DNA of 64,000 bases from Rikenellaceae bacterium (GTDB lineage: Bacteria > Bacteroidota > Bacteroidia > Bacteroidales > Rikenellaceae). Shown one piece after another: positions 18,603 through 27,211 of this stretch. Below the pieces are notes generated by a model. It was not told the DNA's origin. It searched no databases and saw only the letters and a program-made list of their open reading frames with translations. The stretch's first letter is position 1. Each line of letters starts with the position of its first letter. Both the position numbers and the translations under genes were made by a program. The stretch is taken from assembly GCA_015060015.1 (NCBI GenBank), contig SUZG01000001.1, forward strand, positions 23,605-87,604, written 5' to 3'.

Positions 18603-20063
18603 ATGGATAGAGAATTAAAAAACCAAAGGATTCCTGATGACGTCTTTATGAAAGAACGTGCCGAGGTGCTGCAACAGTGGCCTACGGGTAAGGAAGTTGA
18701 TTTTAAGGAGGCGGTAGATTATCAGCTCTCTATTGACAAGAGCAAGCGTTTTGGCGAGAAGCTGGCCAAGGCCGACAAGGAGGGTGTGACCCTCGTTCAG
18801 CCCCGTGCCGGTGTGGCTCTCTACCAGGAGCAGATTGAGTTGCTGCAATACCTGGAGAATGAGGGTGGTGCCGACCTTTTGCCCACAACCATCGACAGCT
18901 ACACCCGTCTGAACCGTTACAACGAGTGTCAGGTGGGTATCGAGAAGAGTCAGGCTTCGGGCCGTTCGATGCTCAACGGCTTCCCCGCAGTGAACTATGG
19001 TGCCAAGGTGTGCCGTATGGTTACATCAGCATTGAAGAATCCTGTGCAGGTGCGTCACGGTACGCCCGATGCTCGTCTTCTGACCGAGATTGCCATCGCC
19101 GGAGGTTTTACATCGTACGAGGGTGGCGGTATATCATACAACATCCCCTACTCGAAGAACCACTCTATCGAGCAGACCATCAAGTACTGGCAGTACACCG
19201 ACCGTCTGGTGGGTATGTACGAGGAGGCAGGCGTAAGCATCAACCGCGAGCCGTTTGGACCTCTGACCGGTACGCTTATTCCTCCCTGTATCTCTAACTC
19301 GGTGGCTATCATCGAGACCCTGCTGGCAGCAGCACAGGGCGTGAAGGATGTGACGGTAGGTTATGGCCAGTGCGGTAACCTTATTCAGGATGTTGCCGCT
19401 ATGCGTTCACTGGCGAAGCTCACACGCGAGTATCTCCACAAGTACGGCTACGACGATGTACGCGTGACAACCGTATTCCACCAGTGGATGGGAGGCTTCC
19501 CGCAGGACGAGTCAAAGGCGTTTGGTGTTATCTCGTGGGGTTCGGCTGCCGCTGCGTTGTCGAAGGCTACGAAGGTTATCGTAAAGACCCCGCACGAGGC
19601 TTATGGCGTACCTACCAAGGAGGCCAATGCGTGCGGTCTGCGTGCCACAAAGCAGGTTATCTCGATGCTTCGCGACCAGGATTTGCGTGAGATTCCGCTG
19701 GTTGTTATGGAGAGCCAGATTATCGAGTCGGAGGTGCGTTGCATTATGGACAGAGTCGAGGTATTGGGCAATGGCGATATCGCTGTGGGTACTGTGGCTG
19801 CCTTTGAGGCCGGCATCCTCGATATTCCGTTTGCTCCCAACCGTTTCAACGCAGGCAAGGTGTTGCCGGCACGCGACAACGACGGTGCTATCCGTATTCT
19901 GGAGATGGGCAACCTGCCATTCAGCAGCGACCTGCGTGACTTCCACCGTGAGAAGTTCGAGGAGAGAGCCCGTCAGGAGAAGCGTGAGGTGTCGTTGCAG
20001 ATGGTTATCGACGACGTGAGTGCTATCGAGAAGGGTGTGCTTGTGGGCCGTCCCAAATTGTAA
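18603..20063 (+). CDS. glmE: Glutamate (methylaspartate) mutase subunit E
   Basis: [67 protein letters not shown] and FHQWMGGFP. Confidence 0.96.
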   Translation: MDRELKNQRIPDDVFMKERAEVLQQWPTGKEVDFKEAVDYQLSIDKSKRFGEKLAKADKEGVTLVQPRAGVALYQEQIELLQYLENEGGADLLPTTIDSYTRLNRYNECQVGIEKSQASGRSMLNGFPAVNYGAKVCRMVTSALKNPVQVRHGTPDARLLTEIAIAGGFTSYEGGGISYNIPYSKNHSIEQTIKYWQYTDRLVGMYEEAGVSINREPFGPLTGTLIPPCISNSVAIIETLLAAAQGVKDVTVGYGQCGNLIQDVAAMRSLAKLTREYLHKYGYDDVRVTTVFHQWMGGFPQDESKAFGVISWGSAAAALSKATKVIVKTPHEAYGVPTKEANACGLRATKQVISMLRDQDLREIPLVVMESQIIESEVRCIMDRVEVLGNGDIAVGTVAAFEAGILDIPFAPNRFNAGKVLPARDNDGAIRILEMGNLPFSSDLRDFHREKFEERARQEKREVSLQMVIDDVSAIEKGVLVGRPKL

Positions 20064-20119
20064 TGGAGAGTATCAGAAGAGTATCTGAAGAGTATTAAAT
20101 CAAAAAAATATTGCATATT

Positions 20120-21358
20120 ATGAAGATTAAAAAAGTAGTTTGCTCTGCCGGTAAGACAGGCTTTTTCTTCGATGACCAGAAGGCTATCAAGGCAGGAGCA
20201 AAGAACGACGGTAACTTTTATGTTGGCGAGCCTATGACCGAGGGCTTCACATCTGTTCGCCAGATGGGCGAGTCTATCTCGGTGATGTTTGTCCTGGAGG
20301 ATGGTCAGGTTGCCTTTGGCGACTGTGCTGCTGTGCAGTATTCGGGTGCAGGTGGTCGTGACCCCTTGTTCCTGGCCGAGAACTTTATCCCCGTTATCGA
20401 GAAGGAGATTGCCCCCTTGTATGAGGGTCGCGACATCACCTCGTTCCGCGAGATGGCCGACATTGTGGATAAGATGGTATCACCCTCTACGGGCAAGGTG
20501 TATCACACCGCTATCCGCTACGGCGTGACACAGGCCTGCCTCGACGCTGTTGCCAAGAGCCAGCACAAGCTGATGGCCGAGGTTATCGCTGCGGAGTATG
20601 GCACCGAGGTAAGCGGTGAGATGATTCCTATCTTCACACAGTCGGGCGATGACCGCTATATGAACGCCGACAAGATGATTATGAAGGGTGCTGCCGTATT
20701 GCCCCACGCCCTGTTCAACCACGTTGAGGAGAAGGTGGGCTTGAAGGGCGAGAAGATTGAGGCGTATATCGAGTGGTTGCGTGACCGCGTAATCGCAAAG
20801 AAGCCTTTCGAGAACTACAACCCTATCTTCCATATCGATGTATATGGTACTCTGGGCCTGGTCTTCAATAACGACTTTGAGGCTATCGCCGAGTATATCG
20901 CAGGTCTGGCAAAGATTGCACAGCCCTTCCACCTCCGCGTTGAGGGTCCCGTAGATATGGGCGAGAAGCAGGCACAGATTGAGGCTCTGGCCGCTATCCG
21001 CAAGGCTTTGGAGGCTCGTGGCTCTGACGCCGAGATTGTTGCCGACGAGTGGTGCAACACCTTCGAGGATGTCATCGATTTCACAAAGGCAAAGGCGGGT
21101 CACATGGCACAGATCAAGACTCCCGACCTTGGTGGTATCAACAACTCTATCGAGGCTGTGCTCTACTGCCGCGAGAATGGTATGGGTGCATACCTGGGCG
21201 GTACCTGCAACGAGACCAACCGTTCGGCAGAGGTATGTGCTCACGTGGCAATGGCTACACACCCCAAGCAGTATCTGGCAAAGCCGGGTATGGGTGTAGA
21301 TGAGGGTTATATGATTGTCTTCAACGAGATGTCACGCATCCTCGCGTTGAGAAAATAA
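20120..21358 (+). CDS. mal: 3-methylaspartate ammonia-lyase
   Basis: MKIKKVVCSAGKTGFFFDDQKAIK, GDCAAVQYSGAGGRDPLF, HTAIRYGVTQA, IFTQSGDDRY, VADEWCNT, QIKTPDLGG and LAKPGMGVDEG. ATG at 20120; the ORF track begins at 20111. Confidence 0.96.
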   Translation: MKIKKVVCSAGKTGFFFDDQKAIKAGAKNDGNFYVGEPMTEGFTSVRQMGESISVMFVLEDGQVAFGDCAAVQYSGAGGRDPLFLAENFIPVIEKEIAPLYEGRDITSFREMADIVDKMVSPSTGKVYHTAIRYGVTQACLDAVAKSQHKLMAEVIAAEYGTEVSGEMIPIFTQSGDDRYMNADKMIMKGAAVLPHALFNHVEEKVGLKGEKIEAYIEWLRDRVIAKKPFENYNPIFHIDVYGTLGLVFNNDFEAIAEYIAGLAKIAQPFHLRVEGPVDMGEKQAQIEALAAIRKALEARGSDAEIVADEWCNTFEDVIDFTKAKAGHMAQIKTPDLGGINNSIEAVLYCRENGMGAYLGGTCNETNRSAEVCAHVAMATHPKQYLAKPGMGVDEGYMIVFNEMSRILALRK

Positions 21359-21376
21359 GATTAAATCAGAAAAGTT

Positions 21377-22750
21377 ATGAGTAACGAAAATAAGAGAGAG
21401 ATTCGCGTGCTGTCGCCCACAGCCATTCTCGGCTATGGCTTCCCCGAGGAGTCATTCATCGAGGGTATGCGTCGCAAGCCCGACGTGATTGCTGTGGATG
21501 CCGGCTCTACCGACCCGGGCCCATACTATCTGGGTGCCGGTTATTCGTTCACCGACCGCAACGCCGTAAAGCGTGACCTTGCGATTATGATTCCCGCAGC
21601 CTTGAAGGCCGGCATCCCCGTACTTATCGGTACGGCAGGTGGTAGCGGTGCTCGTCCTCACGTTGAGGAGACCGTAGGCATCATCCGCGAGATTGTCGAG
21701 GAGCAGAAGCTCCACTTCAAGATGGCAGTTATCCAGTCGGAGTTCGACAAGGAGTTCGTGAAGGAGAAGATTCGCAAGGGCGACATCGTACCTCTAGGCC
21801 CCGTTGCCGAGTTGAAGGAGGAGGATGTCGATGAGTCTATCCATATCGTGGCACAGATGGGCGAGGAGCCCTTCATCAAGGCTTTGGAGGAGGGTGCACA
21901 GGTTATCCTCGCCGGCCGCAGCTACGACCCGTGCGAGTTCTCGGCATTGGCTATCAGCCGAGGCTTCGACAAGGCTCTGGCGATACACATGGGTAAGATT
22001 TTGGAGTGTGCTGCCATCACGGCTCTGCCGGGCAGCGGTAGCGACTGTATGATGGGTACTTTGAAGGAGGAGAGCTTCGTTGTCGAGCCTCTGAACCCCA
22101 TCCGCAAGTGTACGGCTCTGTCGGTTGCTGCCCACTCACTTTACGAGAAGTCAAATCCCTACGTTCTGCCCGGCCCGGGTGGTGCTCTGGATTTGCACGA
22201 GACGAAGTTCAATCAGCTGAGTGACACACAGGTCGAGGTCAGTGGCACGAAGTTCATCCCCACCGAGGAGTACTTCGTCAAGCTGGAGGGTGTTCGCCGC
22301 GTGGGCTACCGCACAATGTCGCCTGCGGCTACACACGACCCCGTGATGATAAGCCAGATTGACACCGTTGTCGAGAAGGTACGCGAGAGAGTTATGGATA
22401 ACTTCCGCAACTCGGGTATGAAGGATTTCTACCTCGACTTCAAGATTTATGGCAAGAAGGGCGTGATGAATATGTTCCCCAAGACTCCCGACTCACAGAG
22501 TGACGAGCTTCTGATTATCATCGAGGCTGTGGCACCTACACAGGAGGAGGCCAACACCATCTGCGGCTTTGCACGTTCTACGATGCTGCACTATGGTTAC
22601 GAGGGTCGTATCTCTACCGCCGGAAACCTCGCGTTCCCATTCTCACCGAGTGACTGCAAGATGGGTGCTGTCTATGAGTTCAATGTGTATCACCTGATGC
22701 GTATCGAGGATACCTGTGCTCCATTCCCCATCACTTATACGGAGTTCTAA
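21377..22750 (+). CDS. Acyclic terpene utilization AtuA-family (DUF1446) protein, function unknown
   Basis: LSPTAILGYGFP, DAGSTDPGPYYLG, GTAGGSG, AQMGEEP, ILAGRSYDP and HMGKILECAA motifs. Confidence 0.8.
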   Translation: MSNENKREIRVLSPTAILGYGFPEESFIEGMRRKPDVIAVDAGSTDPGPYYLGAGYSFTDRNAVKRDLAIMIPAALKAGIPVLIGTAGGSGARPHVEETVGIIREIVEEQKLHFKMAVIQSEFDKEFVKEKIRKGDIVPLGPVAELKEEDVDESIHIVAQMGEEPFIKALEEGAQVILAGRSYDPCEFSALAISRGFDKALAIHMGKILECAAITALPGSGSDCMMGTLKEESFVVEPLNPIRKCTALSVAAHSLYEKSNPYVLPGPGGALDLHETKFNQLSDTQVEVSGTKFIPTEEYFVKLEGVRRVGYRTMSPAATHDPVMISQIDTVVEKVRERVMDNFRNSGMKDFYLDFKIYGKKGVMNMFPKTPDSQSDELLIIIEAVAPTQEEANTICGFARSTMLHYGYEGRISTAGNLAFPFSPSDCKMGAVYEFNVYHLMRIEDTCAPFPITYTEF

Positions 22751-22768
22751 ACAAAGGAAGGAGAAGCT

Positions 22769-23089
22769 ATGGCAAAACATAAGTTAATAGATATTGCCTC
22801 TGTCATCAGAAGCAAGAATTCGGGTCCTTACGAATTGACCTTTGATGTTATCTTCAAGGATTTCGAGACCTACGGAAAGGTGAAGGCTGCGAATGCTATC
22901 AACAAGGATAATTTCAGCGAGTTGTATGGCATCGACAAGAGTGATATTCTTCATCTGGTATATTTCGACCCTGCGAAGGCTGTCAAGGTTACCATCTGCC
23001 GTCCTATCCCCAGCGGTGCGTTGGGCGAGACCGACGTCTATGGAGCCCAGCAGCACGCCCCACTTATGGGCCTTGAGGTAGAGTTCTAA
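22769..23089 (+). CDS. DUF4387-family small protein (AtuA partner)
   Basis: LIDIASVIRSKNSGPYELTFDVIF...GETDVYGAQQHAPL. Confidence 0.8.
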   Translation: MAKHKLIDIASVIRSKNSGPYELTFDVIFKDFETYGKVKAANAINKDNFSELYGIDKSDILHLVYFDPAKAVKVTICRPIPSGALGETDVYGAQQHAPLMGLEVEF

Positions 23090-23110
23090 CTCTGCCCCGT
23101 CGCTATGTAA

Positions 23111-23149
23111 CAAAATGCCCGCCTGATGTCAGGCGGGCTTTGTTTGTTT
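23111..23149. terminator. Bidirectional terminator between the glm-mal operon and the convergent lipoprotein gene
   Basis: GCCCGCCTGA-tg-TCAGGCGGGC with A-rich and T-rich flanks. Confidence 0.8.
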
Positions 23150-23163
23150 AATGGACAGAGGGA

Positions 23164-23772
23164 TTACTCGGCTTCATCCCAATTTCGAGTGTAAGTTTGT
23201 TGTACTTTTTCAAGTTCTTCGGGCGTCATTCGCTTGTATGTTCCCAAACCATAGATATTTTTGGTAAATAACGCATTCGTTCCTATATATTCTATGCAGA
23301 CCATTGTATCGTCATCTAATTCAAGCAAACGGAACATCAGGATAGTATTATCTTTTATTCTTATAGCAGAATCCTCAAAAGCATAGTCATAATTGCAGTA
23401 TCCTTTGTCTTCGCCCGGCGGATAGGCAGAGGAAGATGTGTATTGGGTAAGAACTGTTTCATTTATGTAAAAATTATATGAACCTCCACCATCGCGACCT
23501 TCCCAAAAGTTTGCAACTTCTATATTACCATTATCAAAAATCTCGTGAAGATCAATTTGTTTCCAACCATAATTCTTTATTTCGGCTGTAAAAACATCCT
23601 CACTAATACCCTCAAAACTCTGACTATAACACTCTCCTTCCGAGTTAAACGTCAAATTATATTTTGTAGCCACTTCTGTCTCTGGCTCATTGGGAGGTGT
23701 TTGTGGGGTTGATTTATCCTCACACGCCACCATAGCTACTACGGCAAGCAGTGCCAAAAACATTTTTTTCAT
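23164..23772 (-). CDS. Hypothetical lipoprotein (AT-rich gene)
   Basis: MKKMFLALLAVVAMVA-C lipobox followed by an acidic Pro/Thr linker; the sequence is visibly more AT-rich than its neighbours. Confidence 0.75.
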   Translation of the reverse strand: MKKMFLALLAVVAMVACEDKSTPQTPPNEPETEVATKYNLTFNSEGECYSQSFEGISEDVFTAEIKNYGWKQIDLHEIFDNGNIEVANFWEGRDGGGSYNFYINETVLTQYTSSSAYPPGEDKGYCNYDYAFEDSAIRIKDNTILMFRLLELDDDTMVCIEYIGTNALFTKNIYGLGTYKRMTPEELEKVQQTYTRNWDEAE

Positions 23773-23912
23773 AGTAATTAGGTTTTTTTAATCTGATAAT
23801 CTTTCGTAAGAATTTCCATTCTCGCTTGCAAGTTAGTAATAAACAAGCAATTATGCAAATATTTTGACAAAAAGTGCTTGATAGCAACCAAAAAACCTAT
23901 TTTAGGGTTACA

Positions 23913-23958
23913 CCCCATTAACGCGGGTATACAAAAATATACCCGTGCTACTTGGGGA
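23913..23958 (-). terminator. Hairpin downstream of crcB (putative terminator)
   Basis: CCCCA..CGCGGGTATA-caaaaa-TATACCCGTG..TGGGG. Confidence 0.45.
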
Positions 23959-23998
23959 TGACAGAGAGGGATATTTCAAAACGAATCGAGCAAAACCT

Positions 23999-24370
23999 CT
24001 ACTTGGCGACCCAGCGGCCGAGGCAGACCATCACAAGACCCAGCACAAAGGTCAGGCCCGCATATAGCACAAACAGCAGCCAGTGGCGTTGCTCCAGCAT
24101 AAGATAGATATCGTCGGCAAACGACGAAAATGTGGTAAGGCCGCCGCAGAAGCCCGTAACGAGAAACAGATTCATAGCAGGCGACAGCATACCGCCCCTC
24201 TCGGCCCACGCCAGAAAGAGTCCTATCAGAAAACTGCCCACCATATTTACTATAAAGGTAGCCCACGGAAACAGCGAGGAGGTGACAACAGCACACATCT
24301 TACCCGTCAGAAAACGCAGGCAGGTACCCATAAAACCTCCCAAGCCTGCAAAAAACATCATTTTCAGCAT
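23999..24370 (-). CDS. crcB: Fluoride efflux channel CrcB/Fluc
   Basis: GLGGFMGTCLRF, FPWATFIVNMVGSFLIG and LVTGFCGGLTTFSSF. Confidence 0.95.
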   Translation of the reverse strand: MLKMMFFAGLGGFMGTCLRFLTGKMCAVVTSSLFPWATFIVNMVGSFLIGLFLAWAERGGMLSPAMNLFLVTGFCGGLTTFSSFADDIYLMLEQRHWLLFVLYAGLTFVLGLVMVCLGRWVAK

Positions 24371-24410
24371 ACTTTTCTTTGCTATTAAACTGCTGGTTTC
24401 TGTTCAAAAT

Positions 24411-24462
24411 CAGTGCCACGAGCCTACGCCACCCCGCATCACATTGGCACAGCTTTTGCCTA
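24411..24462 (-). promoter_or_regulatory. Candidate structured leader RNA of crcB (not the canonical fluoride riboswitch consensus)
   Basis: Minus strand TAGGCAAAAGCTGTGCCAATGTGATGCGGGGTGGCGTAGGCTCGTGGCACTG contains two overlapping alternative helices: GGCA/TGCC and GTGCCA/TGGCAC. Confidence 0.35.
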
Positions 24463-24487
24463 TCTACGGACATTATCAAACAAAAAA

Positions 24488-24640
24488 CGGAATTATATAG
24501 ATTAATGTTGTACTTCAAAAATGTATAGAGATTCTCACGCATTTGTTTTTTTCGTCACTCTGAGGGAGGCTTGCCGACCGTGAGAGTCTAAAAACAAATG
24601 CTCAGAATGACGTTTAACAACACTAAACTATATAATTCCG
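24488..24640. mobile_element. MITE-like element copy 1 (153 bp), IS1595-family-like ends, REP-like core
   Basis: Terminal inverted repeats match at 21/23 (24488-24510 CGGAATTATATAGATTAATGTTG; 24618-24640 CAACACTAAACTATATAATTCCG). Flanks ACAAAAAA/AAAAAAAA match at 7/8. The 86-bp core 24529-24614 is shared with copy 2. Confidence 0.75.
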
Positions 24641-24659
24641 AAAAAAAAGAGTTTTCACT

Positions 24660-24962
24660 ATGCATTTAACACCAAAAGAGCTTGACAAGTTGACGCTGCT
24701 GTCGTTGGGAATGATAGCAGAAAGACGATTGAAAAAGGGGCTGAAACTAAATCACCCCGAGGCCGTAGCCTACATAACCTCGGAAGCCATAGAGGGTGCT
24801 CGCGAGGGGATGACCGTAGAGCAGGTTATGAGCCGAGCGGCGAAGCTCCTCACACGAAAGGATGTGATGGAGGGCGTAGCCGATATGATTCAACTATTGC
24901 AGGTCGAGGCGGTATTCACCGACGGCTCACGACTTGTGAGTATTCACCACCCCATAAAATAG
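24660..24962 (+). CDS. ureA: Urease subunit gamma
   Basis: [11 protein letters not shown]...[14 protein letters not shown]...[18 protein letters not shown]. Confidence 0.96.
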   Translation: MHLTPKELDKLTLLSLGMIAERRLKKGLKLNHPEAVAYITSEAIEGAREGMTVEQVMSRAAKLLTRKDVMEGVADMIQLLQVEAVFTDGSRLVSIHHPIK

Positions 24963-24967
24963 CGACT

Positions 24968-25489
24968 ATGACAAAAGAGAAGAGTGCTGCACGCACAAAG
25001 GAGAGTGCGGCAGCGACAAACCCCAACAGCAAGGGGCTTTATCCCGCCGAGAAGGGTTTCCAGCCCACGAAAGCCACCCCGATAGGAGGTGTGGTGTTCG
25101 GACGGGGCGACATAACATACAACGAGGGACGACAGGTCATAACCCTCACGATACGCAACACGGGCGACAGACCCATACAGGTAGGCTCGCACTTCCACCT
25201 CTTTGAGGTGAACCGATATCTGGAATTTGACCGCAGGGCGGCCTTCGGCTACCACCTCAACATACCCGCCACAACGGCCATACGCTTTGAGCCGGGCGAC
25301 GAGAGGAGCATCGAGGCGGTGGCCTTCGCCGGAAAACGCCGCATAATAGGCTTCAACGGTCTTACCGAGGGGTATGCCGGCACGGAGGATAGCCCCACAT
25401 ACCTGCCCACAGAGCATCGTGCCATACACCGTATGCACAAGGCAGGATTCAGATGCAGCTGCAAGAAGTGTAACACTAAAAAAGAGTAA
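24968..25489 (+). CDS. ureB: Urease subunit beta with N- and C-terminal extensions
   Basis: [19 protein letters not shown] and [15 protein letters not shown]. Confidence 0.95.
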   Translation: MTKEKSAARTKESAAATNPNSKGLYPAEKGFQPTKATPIGGVVFGRGDITYNEGRQVITLTIRNTGDRPIQVGSHFHLFEVNRYLEFDRRAAFGYHLNIPATTAIRFEPGDERSIEAVAFAGKRRIIGFNGLTEGYAGTEDSPTYLPTEHRAIHRMHKAGFRCSCKKCNTKKE

Positions 25490-25491
25490 CT

Positions 25492-27210
25492 ATGGCAAAA
25501 CTTACGCGACAGGAGTACAACAACCTATTCGGCCCAACCGTAGGCGACAAGATTCGTCTGGGCGACACCGACCTCTATGTGGAGATAGAACGCGATATGC
25601 GTCGCTACGGCGACGAGGTGGTCTATGGCGGTGGCAAGACGCTGCGTGACGGTATGGGTCTGGCCAACACTGTAACATCGGAGCAGGGAGCTCTCGACAT
25701 AGTAATAACGAATGTGACAATCATAGATGCCATATTGGGTGTGGTGAAGGCCGACGTAGGCATAAAGGATGGCCGCATAGCGGGCATAGGCAAGGCGGGC
25801 AACCCCAACATTATGGACGGCGTGTCGCCCGAACTCGTCACGGGAGCCGCCACCGACGCCATATCGGGTGAGCATCTCATACTCACCGCCGGCGGTATCG
25901 ACTCACACGTTCACTTCGTATCGCCACAGCAGGCATACACAGCCCTGAGCAACGGCATAACGACACTCATAGGTGGCGGCATAGGCCCCTCGGACGGCAC
26001 AAACGGAACGACCATAACATCGGGACGCTGGTCCACCGAGCAGATGCTGCTCTCGGTGGAGGAGCTGCCTGTGAATGTGGGTCTGCTGGGCAAGGGTAAC
26101 TGCTCGGCGAAGCCTGCGATAAAGGAGCAGATTGAGGCGGGCGTATGCGGATTGAAGATTCACGAGGACTGGGGCTCAACACCCGAAGCCATACGCACAG
26201 CCCTGTCGGTGGCCGACAAGTATAATGTGCAGGTGGCCATACACACCGACACACTGAACGAGGCGGGATATGTCGAAGACACCATAGCCGCCATAGATGG
26301 CCGCACGATACACACCTACCACACCGAGGGTGCCGGCGGAGGACACGCCCCCGACCTGATGAAGGTGGCGTCGATGCCCTTCGTGCTGCCCTCATCGACA
26401 AACCCCACACTGCCCTTCGGCATAAACTCACAGGCCGAGTTGTTTGATATGATTATGGTGTGTCACAACCTCAACCCCAACATCCCGTCGGATGTAGCCT
26501 TTGCCGAGAGCCGCGTAAGGCCCGAGACACAGGCGGCAGAGAATGTGCTGCACGATTTGGGCGTATTGTCGATGGTGTCGTCCGACTCGCAGGCGATGGG
26601 CCGAGTGGGCGAGTCGTATATGCGTACATTCCAGATGGCTTCGTTTATGAAGAGTGCCTGCGGCCGCTTGGAGGAGGACTCGGCCGAGAACGACAACTTC
26701 CGCGTGCTGCGATACATAGCCAAGATAACGATCAACCCCGCCATAACATTCGGCGTGGCGGACTACATAGGCTCGGTCGAGAAGGGCAAGGTTGCCGACC
26801 TTGTGCTGTGGGAGCCGCAGTTCTTCGGTGCGAAGCCCAAGATGGTAATCAAGGGTGGCGTGATAAACTGGGCGAACATGGGCGATGCCAATGCCTCACT
26901 GCCCACGCCACAGCCCTGCCTCTATCGCCCGATGTTCGGTGCTTTTGGCGGTGCTATGCCGGCGAGCTGCATATCGTTTGTGTCGCAGGCGGCCTGCCGG
27001 AACGGCATTGCCGAACATTTGGGTCTGCGTCGTCAGGTGCTGCCCGTACGCCGCACACGCCAGCTCTCGAAGGGCGATATGGTACGCAACGGAGCAACGC
27101 CACGCATAGATGTCAATCCGGAGAGTTTCGAGGTGATGGTAAATAACATACACGCCTACGTGAAGCCGGCCGAGAGATTTCCGCTGTCGCAACTCTATTG
27201 GTTTGGGTAG
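25492..27210 (+). CDS. ureC: Urease subunit alpha
   Basis: [13 protein letters not shown]; Ni ligands DSHVH, LKIHED (carbamylated Lys), [13 protein letters not shown], flap MVCHNL and SSDSQAMGR. Confidence 0.98.
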   Translation: MAKLTRQEYNNLFGPTVGDKIRLGDTDLYVEIERDMRRYGDEVVYGGGKTLRDGMGLANTVTSEQGALDIVITNVTIIDAILGVVKADVGIKDGRIAGIGKAGNPNIMDGVSPELVTGAATDAISGEHLILTAGGIDSHVHFVSPQQAYTALSNGITTLIGGGIGPSDGTNGTTITSGRWSTEQMLLSVEELPVNVGLLGKGNCSAKPAIKEQIEAGVCGLKIHEDWGSTPEAIRTALSVADKYNVQVAIHTDTLNEAGYVEDTIAAIDGRTIHTYHTEGAGGGHAPDLMKVASMPFVLPSSTNPTLPFGINSQAELFDMIMVCHNLNPNIPSDVAFAESRVRPETQAAENVLHDLGVLSMVSSDSQAMGRVGESYMRTFQMASFMKSACGRLEEDSAENDNFRVLRYIAKITINPAITFGVADYIGSVEKGKVADLVLWEPQFFGAKPKMVIKGGVINWANMGDANASLPTPQPCLYRPMFGAFGGAMPASCISFVSQAACRNGIAEHLGLRRQVLPVRRTRQLSKGDMVRNGATPRIDVNPESFEVMVNNIHAYVKPAERFPLSQLYWFG

Positions 27211-27211
27211 T

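Noticed and set aside
24371-24487. Canonical fluoride (crcB) riboswitch
   Set aside because: The conserved GGCGATGG/TTCGCC pseudoknot and GATGAC.CCTAC motifs were not found on the - strand; reported only as a candidate variant leader.
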